From contig NC_009925.1 in the NCBI RefSeq assembly GCF_000018105.1, positions 1,020,001 through 1,052,000 on the forward strand: a stretch of DNA of 32,000 nt. Reading direction: 5' to 3'. The position numbers were made by a program, and so were the translations under genes. This document shows positions 26,869 through 32,000 of this stretch, in pieces. Origin of the DNA: Acaryochloris marina MBIC11017 (GTDB taxonomy: Bacteria; Cyanobacteriota; Cyanobacteriia; Thermosynechococcales; Thermosynechococcaceae). The notes under the pieces were generated by a model. It was not told the DNA's origin. It searched no databases and was given only the letters and a program-made list of their open reading frames with translations. Position 1 is the stretch's first letter. The number at the start of each line of letters is the position of its first letter.

Positions 26869-28032
26869 TCATGAAGATAAGGCTAAGACCGTGTTTTGTC
26901 CACCGAAACCAGAGCTTAGGCATAAGGCAGACTGCACATTATGCCTATGGGGTTCACGAACAAAATTCAGGTCAAACGCTGGCTCTTGCAAGCCGACACA
27001 AGGCGGAAGTACTTTATGAGAAAGAGCCATCAAACTGAAGATGCATCCAAAGGCTGCTGATGCTCCTAATGTATGTCCTGTAGCTCCTTTTGTAGAGCTA
27101 ACGGCGACTGCAGGTGGAAATAGTGCTTTAATTACCACAGCTTCTGCTTGATCATTTAGATGAGTGGCCGTGCCATGGGCATGAATGTAACCAACATCCG
27201 ATGCCTTTAAACCACTGCGCTGCAGGCAATCTTGAATAGCGGTTATGGCAACCCGCCTACTGGTTTCAGGTGCAGTCATATGATAGGCATCCACCGTTAA
27301 TCCTACCCCCAAGACTTGACCATATATTTTGGCCTGTCGTTTCTGAGCGACCGACTCTTCTTCTAGAACTAAAATAGCGGCCCCTTCCCCTAAAACAAAC
27401 CCTTCCCGGTTTTGATCAAAAGGGTAGGCACCTGATTGAGCCATCGCACCCATTTTATTAAACCCAGCGAGGGTCAATGGTGTGATGGGGGCTTCAACAG
27501 CACCGACAATCACTCGCGAACAATAGCCTGCCCTTATCAGATCAGCTCCTTGAGCAATTGCCCAAATCCCTGTAGCACAAGCAGCACGGGGCGCAAGAAT
27601 AGGGCCTTGAGCTGCAATAGACTGGGCAACGATTGAGGCAGGAGACACGCCATAAATGTGGACAAGTTGCTCTGGGTCAGCTAAAAGCAACCTCTCTTCA
27701 CCATAAGAGGGAATGGAGGTGTGATAAGCAGATGCTCCCTTCTCCCATTGAAATTGAAAACCGCGACTAGACCCGATAGCAACACCACAATCAGTAATCG
27801 GTGGTGCTAGGCCTGCATCGTCCAACGCTTCAGACAAAGCAGGTTTTAATAAGTCTTCAAGATGACTAGGCTGAGAACCAACCAAGGCTAAAGGTTGGGC
27901 AGGGATCTCTGGAAAAGGATGGTAATGTTGAATCCCTGACTCACCACACAGTAGTCGCTGCCAAGTCTTATCCAGACTAGGTGCTAGGGCTGAGACTATC
28001 CCCATTCCAGTAACAACAACTTTGGCTATCAT
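26869..28032 (-). CDS. Beta-ketoacyl-ACP synthase family protein (KAS I/II-like)
   Basis: VVVTGMGIVS. Active-site Cys in PRAACATG, His in HAHGTATHLND, and His in TKGATGHTLGASA. At 387 aa it is somewhat shorter than typical FabF. Confidence 0.85.
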   Translation of the reverse strand: MIAKVVVTGMGIVSALAPSLDKTWQRLLCGESGIQHYHPFPEIPAQPLALVGSQPSHLEDLLKPALSEALDDAGLAPPITDCGVAIGSSRGFQFQWEKGASAYHTSIPSYGEERLLLADPEQLVHIYGVSPASIVAQSIAAQGPILAPRAACATGIWAIAQGADLIRAGYCSRVIVGAVEAPITPLTLAGFNKMGAMAQSGAYPFDQNREGFVLGEGAAILVLEEESVAQKRQAKIYGQVLGVGLTVDAYHMTAPETSRRVAITAIQDCLQRSGLKASDVGYIHAHGTATHLNDQAEAVVIKALFPPAVAVSSTKGATGHTLGASAAFGCIFSLMALSHKVLPPCVGLQEPAFDLNFVREPHRHNVQSALCLSSGFGGQNTVLALSS

Positions 28033-28080
28033 GCAGGATTACAAAATTTTCTCAAACCACAGTTGTTGTCCACCTTGCCA

Positions 28081-28519
28081 TCATAAGGGTTGGCAGCTAA
28101 ATCCGTTTTGAGCGTAGAGATTTTTGGCAGCTATATTTCTCTCATTGGTATTCAACGCAATTAGCCGACATTGTCGTTGTCGAGCCCGATCAATTGCGAA
28201 AGCCAGTAACCGGGAACCCACCCCTTGTCCCTGAGCTTCAGAAATAACGTATACATCCTTAAGCTTGGCTTCTAAACCCAGAGACCATAAGGAGTAAAAA
28301 TAGTGAATTTGTGTGTATGCTACGCCTGATTCATTTGCCGCCACTGCAAGGGTGAAATCACACATCGGATCTTTCATCAACATCATTAAATGCAGGGTAC
28401 AGTTTTTCTCGACTGGCTATCGGCATTTGCAAGTGTTCATGAAAAGCAATCAGCAAACTTAGCAATATATGACTATCACCTAAGTTTGCTAATCGTACTT
28501 GGCAGTCCACCATGGCCAT
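28081..28519 (-). pseudogene. GNAT acetyltransferase split by a frameshift (N-terminal 53 codons in one frame, C-terminal 101 codons in another)
   Basis: The N-terminal fragment is 28358..28519 (MAMVDCQVRLANLGDSHILLSLLIAFHEHLQMPIASREKLYPAFNDVDERSDV*), too short for the ORF track. The C-terminal ORF 28081..28386 carries the acetyl-CoA motif VISEAQGQGVGSRLLAFAI and NIAAKNLYAQNGF. Deleting one A from the A5 run (plus-strand T5 at 28403..28407) joins them as ...ASRENCTLHLMMLMKDP.... Confidence 0.6.
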
Positions 28520-28537
28520 AGAGCCACAAATACCCGC

Positions 28538-29344
28538 CTATCGCTTTAGATTCTCAATCCCTGCAGTAACTGTTGCAGATTCAATGCGATCACCCTGTTG
28601 GATCTGATCCACAACGTCCATACCTTCTGTCACATAACCAAAGACGGCATAGCTCCCATCTAGGAAATCTACATCGGCAAGGGCAAAATAGAACTGGGCA
28701 GACGCTGAATCAGGTAATTGAGAGCGAGCCATGGCGACCGCCCCCCGAGTATGTCGTAATTTTGGAGGCTTGTTTTCTCCTGCCGATTTCAACGTTTTAC
28801 TGTAAACGGCTTGCTCAGCCCCTTCTGGCAGAATTTCCAAAGGCAGGTATCTGGCTTGTTTCGTCTCGGGATCAATATAGCTACCAGTCCCCAGCCGTTG
28901 TACAGGGAAATTAGGATCCTTACTTTGTGGATCTCCCCCTTGAACAACAAAGGGAGAGGGAGTCCGAACTACCCGATGAAAAGCAGTACCGTCATACACT
29001 TTTTTATCAACTAAATCGATAAAGTTCCCTGCTGTAATAGGAGCATCCTTACCATTAATGGCCAGGGTGATTGTTTTCCCATTGACTTGCAGTACTACCG
29101 TAGCTTCCCCTTGTAGTTGTGGTAGTTGGGCTAAGGGAGATGTTGATTCTGAACCCGGTACCCCAGTCGTTTCTGAATTGTCTTCTTGAGTGCTTTCAGA
29201 TGGAGGAGAACCAGATGGTGACGCGCCACCCGTATCTGATGTACCTGAGGAATTGGAAGGAGCACTACATGCCATTAATAAGAACACGAGTACCATCACC
29301 CAAAATGATCTGAAGAAGCTGATAGCTTTAGTTGAGTGAAGCAT
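28538..29344 (-). CDS. Cyclophilin-type peptidyl-prolyl cis-trans isomerase, probable lipoprotein with a low-complexity linker
   Basis: Signal plus lipobox-like LLMAC. Ser/Gly/Pro/Glu-rich linker. Cyclophilin core: NFIDLVDKKVYDGTAFHRVV..FVVQGGDP, GAVAMAR......SQFYF, YAVFGYV.EGMDVVD. Confidence 0.9.
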   Translation of the reverse strand: MLHSTKAISFFRSFWVMVLVFLLMACSAPSNSSGTSDTGGASPSGSPPSESTQEDNSETTGVPGSESTSPLAQLPQLQGEATVVLQVNGKTITLAINGKDAPITAGNFIDLVDKKVYDGTAFHRVVRTPSPFVVQGGDPQSKDPNFPVQRLGTGSYIDPETKQARYLPLEILPEGAEQAVYSKTLKSAGENKPPKLRHTRGAVAMARSQLPDSASAQFYFALADVDFLDGSYAVFGYVTEGMDVVDQIQQGDRIESATVTAGIENLKR

Positions 29345-29373
29345 AAGGAGTCAATACACTACATTTTTGGGTT

Positions 29374-29937
29374 TTACAAACCTTCCATGGGAACGCCCAA
29401 GAAACGAGCGATCTCAGCTGCTTGATTCTCAATTTTGTCCAGAGCCATAGGTTGCCCCGCTCGGGTGAGAGGAATATCATTACGCCCTTTGATTCTCAGA
29501 TAGATGGTCCGTTGGGGATTGAGTCCCTCACGGATCTTGATCTGGACGGATTGAATATTCTCTAAAGGGTATGTTTGCTCAACTTTTCGGTTCTTGCCTG
29601 GGCGGCCCCAACGAAAGAGTCGAAATTTACCAGAATCTTGACTGAATTCATTAAAACCGGCTCCGACGTTCCAGCTTATGGTTAGCCATAAGTAGGTTGC
29701 GAGCAGTAAACCACAAGTACCGTAGAAGGAAAGAGCGATGCCTTGAGGGATAAAAATTAGATCAACAGCATTACCAGTTGGCAGGAGATCGACTTTGAAA
29801 TAGCTAGAAAGACCAGCTAAGAAAAAACCAACCCCTCCAATGGAGACCATCGTCGCGATCATGTAATTGCTAAACCGGCGAGTCCCAAGAACTTCGTAAC
29901 GCAAAGTTTGCTTATCTAATAGTTTCTGTGTGGTCAT
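29374..29937 (-). CDS. ycf4: Photosystem I assembly protein Ycf4
   Basis: RYEVLGTRRFSNYMIATMVSIGGVGFFLAGLSSY, IFIPQGIALSFYG and PLTRAGQP are typical Ycf4. The ATG at 29935..29937 gives the usual 188 aa; the ORF is open to 30012. Confidence 0.9.
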   Translation of the reverse strand: MTTQKLLDKQTLRYEVLGTRRFSNYMIATMVSIGGVGFFLAGLSSYFKVDLLPTGNAVDLIFIPQGIALSFYGTCGLLLATYLWLTISWNVGAGFNEFSQDSGKFRLFRWGRPGKNRKVEQTYPLENIQSVQIKIREGLNPQRTIYLRIKGRNDIPLTRAGQPMALDKIENQAAEIARFLGVPMEGL

Positions 29938-30316
29938 GGTCGGATAAGTTCTTGTGATTCCTAAACTAATGATGAGCACTGATATATGAGTATAAGCTGT
30001 CCAGCTCAACAATTGATGAGGCTATAGCTGACTCCTAAGAATCTATTCCTAGGTTCCCAATTGCAAGCACGCTTGCTGTCACATCCAGATACTACTAGCG
30101 TTATATATAAATTTGATGAGATCGATAAAGTGGTCAATTCAATATATGAAGTTTTATTTCAGTAGCCCTACATAACTTTACTTCTCTTAAGGCCTAGTTG
30201 ATGGACAGTCATTTGGGGAGCCAACCCCCAAAAAACCGATGGTTGAGGTAGGTAAAGTTTTGTACTCAACATTGCACGTGAGGTGGCTAAACCTCTGTGG
30301 AAGTGCCTTTGTAGCC

Positions 30317-30385
30317 GCTACATTTTCTGACGAATCTCTGTTACATTTAGTGAATGATCTCTATAACATTTGGTTATGAAGAGGT
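30317..30385 (+). promoter_or_regulatory. Three tandem ~23-bp direct repeats upstream of psbD, each starting with an HLR1-half-site-like (G/A)(C/T)(T/A)ACATTT
   Basis: Unit A 30317..30339 is gctacattttctgacgaatctct. Unit B 30340..30362 is gttacatttagtgaatgatctct (17/23 identical to A). Unit C 30363..30385 is ataacatttggttatgaagaggt (12/23 identical to B). They lie 151-219 nt upstream of the psbD ATG. Confidence 0.3.
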
Positions 30386-30390
30386 GTAGG

Positions 30391-30420
30391 TTGAGGTTCT
30401 AGGGCGATTTACACTATTAA
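30391..30420 (+). promoter_or_regulatory. Candidate sigma-70-type promoter for psbDC (TTGAGG, 18 nt, TATTAA)
   Basis: TTGAGG at 30391..30396 and TATTAA at 30415..30420, directly downstream of the 23-bp repeats. Hexamer match only, with no transcript evidence. Confidence 0.2.
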
Positions 30421-30535
30421 TTCCCAGAACCCAAACTCTCGATTCCTTAGTCCGGTTTCTGAGAAACCTCACAAGGTTCGAAAGAAAATTTTGCGGCCTT
30501 GCAATTTTTAAGTTAGATCAAGAGGGTTTATTTCC

Positions 30536-31591
30536 ATGACCATAGCAGTCGGACGCGCCCAGGAGCGAGGATGGTTTGACGTCCTCGACGACTGGCTTAA
30601 GCGTGATCGGTTCGTCTTTATTGGTTGGTCAGGTATCCTACTTTTCCCCTGTGCGTTTCTATCCATCGGGGGATGGTTTACCGGCACAACTTTCGTAACT
30701 TCCTGGTACACCCACGGTCTTGCTAGCTCCTACCTAGAAGGGGCTAACTTCTTGACCGTTGCTGTATCCACTCCCGCCGACAGCCTCGGCCACTCCCTAC
30801 TTCTACTTTGGGGACCCGAAGCTCAAGGTGACTTCACCCGCTGGTGTCAGCTGGGTGGATTGTGGAACTTCACCACATTACATGGTGTCTTCGGCTTGAT
30901 CGGCTTCATGCTGCGTCAATTCGAGATTGCCCGTCTAGTCGGCGTGCGTCCTTACAACGCAGTTGCCTTCAGCGGTCCTATCGCCGTGTATGTTTCCGTC
31001 TTTTTGATGTATCCTTTGGGCCAATCCAGCTGGTTCTTTGCACCTAGCTGGGGTGTAACAAGCATCTTCCGATTCTTGTTATTTGCTCAAGGTTTCCACA
31101 ACCTAACCCTCAACCCCTTCCACATGATGGGTGTTGCAGGTATTTTGGGTGGTGCGCTGTTGTGCGCCATTCACGGAGCCACTGTTGAGAACACCTTGTT
31201 TGAAGACGGTCAAGACGCCAATACATTTGCTGCGTTCACTCCGACCCAAGCAGAAGAGACCTACTCCATGGTCACTGCTAACCGATTCTGGTCTCAGATT
31301 TTCGGGATTGCCTTTTCCAACAAGCGTTGGTTGCACTTTTTCATGTTGTTCGTTCCTGTGACTGGTCTATGGGCTTCTGCCATTGGCCTCGTGGGTATCG
31401 CTCTCAACATGCGTGCTTATGACTTCGTTAGCCAGGAAATCCGGGCTGCTGAAGACCCTGAGTTCGAAACCTTCTACACCAAGAACATTCTCTTGAATGA
31501 AGGTCTGCGCGCTTGGATGGCACCCCAAGACCAAATCCATGAAAACTTCATCTTCCCTGAGGAGGTTCTACCACGTGGAAACGCCCTTTAA
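30536..31591 (+). CDS. psbD: Photosystem II reaction-centre protein D2
   Basis: Near-complete identity to the D2 pattern ([33 protein letters not shown]...PFHMMGVAG...[10 protein letters not shown]), 351 aa. Confidence 0.97.
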
Positions 31592-32000
31592 TCCGTCTGC
31601 GGCTGGTTATGACCGCGCAACCACTGGCTATGGCTGGTGGGCTGGAAATGCACGATTAACTGATCTATCTGGTCAGCTAACTGGTGCCCACATTGCCCAT
31701 GCTGGAATGATTACCTTCTGGGCTGGTGCAATGACTTTGTTTGAAGTCTCTCACTTCATTCCTGAAAAGCCTATGTACGAGCAAGGCAGCATCCTGCTTG
31801 CTCACCTAGCCGCTGAAGGTTTTGGTGTTGGACCTGGTGGTGAAGTTATTAGCACTTATCCTTATTTTGTGATTGGTGCAATTCACCTAATTGCTTCTGC
31901 TGTCCTCGGTTTTGGTGGCCTTTACCACACATTCAGAGGCCCTGCTAAGTTTGAGGATTACTCTGATTGGTGGGGGTATGACTGGGAAGACAAAGAAAAG
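31575..32000 (+). CDS. psbC: Photosystem II CP43 (5' part, runs out of the window), overlapping the psbD 3' end
   Basis: From GTG 31575 the translation is (M)[70 protein letters not shown]...GYDWEDKEK. An in-frame ATG at 31539 would add [12 protein letters not shown]. It is in a different frame from psbD, which stops at 31589..31591. Confidence 0.95.

Noticed and set aside
26714-27038. Plus-strand ORFs of 101 and 63 aa at the KAS gene 3' end
   Set aside because: They overlap the KAS CDS in antisense and extend into a spacer. Composition is poor and no motifs are present.
30066-30079. Near-palindrome gcaagcacgcttgc in the ycf4/psbD divergent spacer as a possible operator
   Set aside because: It is only a 6+2+6 inverted repeat, occurs once, and I recognise no matching consensus. 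That is too weak to call.
1-32000. Search for mobile elements, integrases, toxin-antitoxin pairs, restriction-modification genes, CRISPR/cas or prophage genes that would mark a defence island
   Set aside because: None of the ORFs shows transposase (DDE), integrase (R..H..R..Y), Cas, methyltransferase or phage structural motifs that I can recognise. The window reads as core chromosome with a few accessory genes.

Overview
This window is a cyanobacterial chromosomal segment. Evidence: 9 exact HIP1 palindromes (GCGATCGC), the overlapping psbD-psbC pair, ycf4, glcD, nadA and uppP. I support about 30 protein genes, one tRNA-Leu(GAG) and two genes broken by frameshifts. I saw no transposase, integrase, CRISPR array, rRNA or phage genes, so most of the window is ordinary housekeeping sequence.

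The most unusual locus is 640..5850 on the minus strand. Two adjacent paralogous AAA-like (AAA_35/STAND-like) P-loop NTPase genes sit 15 nt apart. The upstream one ends in an intact GGDEF diguanylate cyclase but has lost its Walker B acidic pair. The downstream one continues through a single hydrophobic helix into 14 WD40 repeats. I read this as a candidate sensor plus second-messenger-output module with no assigned function.

Secondary points:
- a SUKH/SMI1-like gene split at an A7 run
- a GNAT gene split in or near an A5 run
- a predicted Tat-exported clostripain-like protease
- a 95-aa minimal SepF paralog behind a 630-nt non-coding gap
- a GYF_2-polyPro-AIM24 fusion
- a YHYH protein with a His/Pro/Arg-rich tail
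- a front-end (QxxHH) desaturase
- three tandem 23-bp repeats upstream of psbD
- a psbD/psbC pair that differs at positions I remember as invariant

All family assignments come from motif recognition by eye and need HMM or BLAST confirmation.
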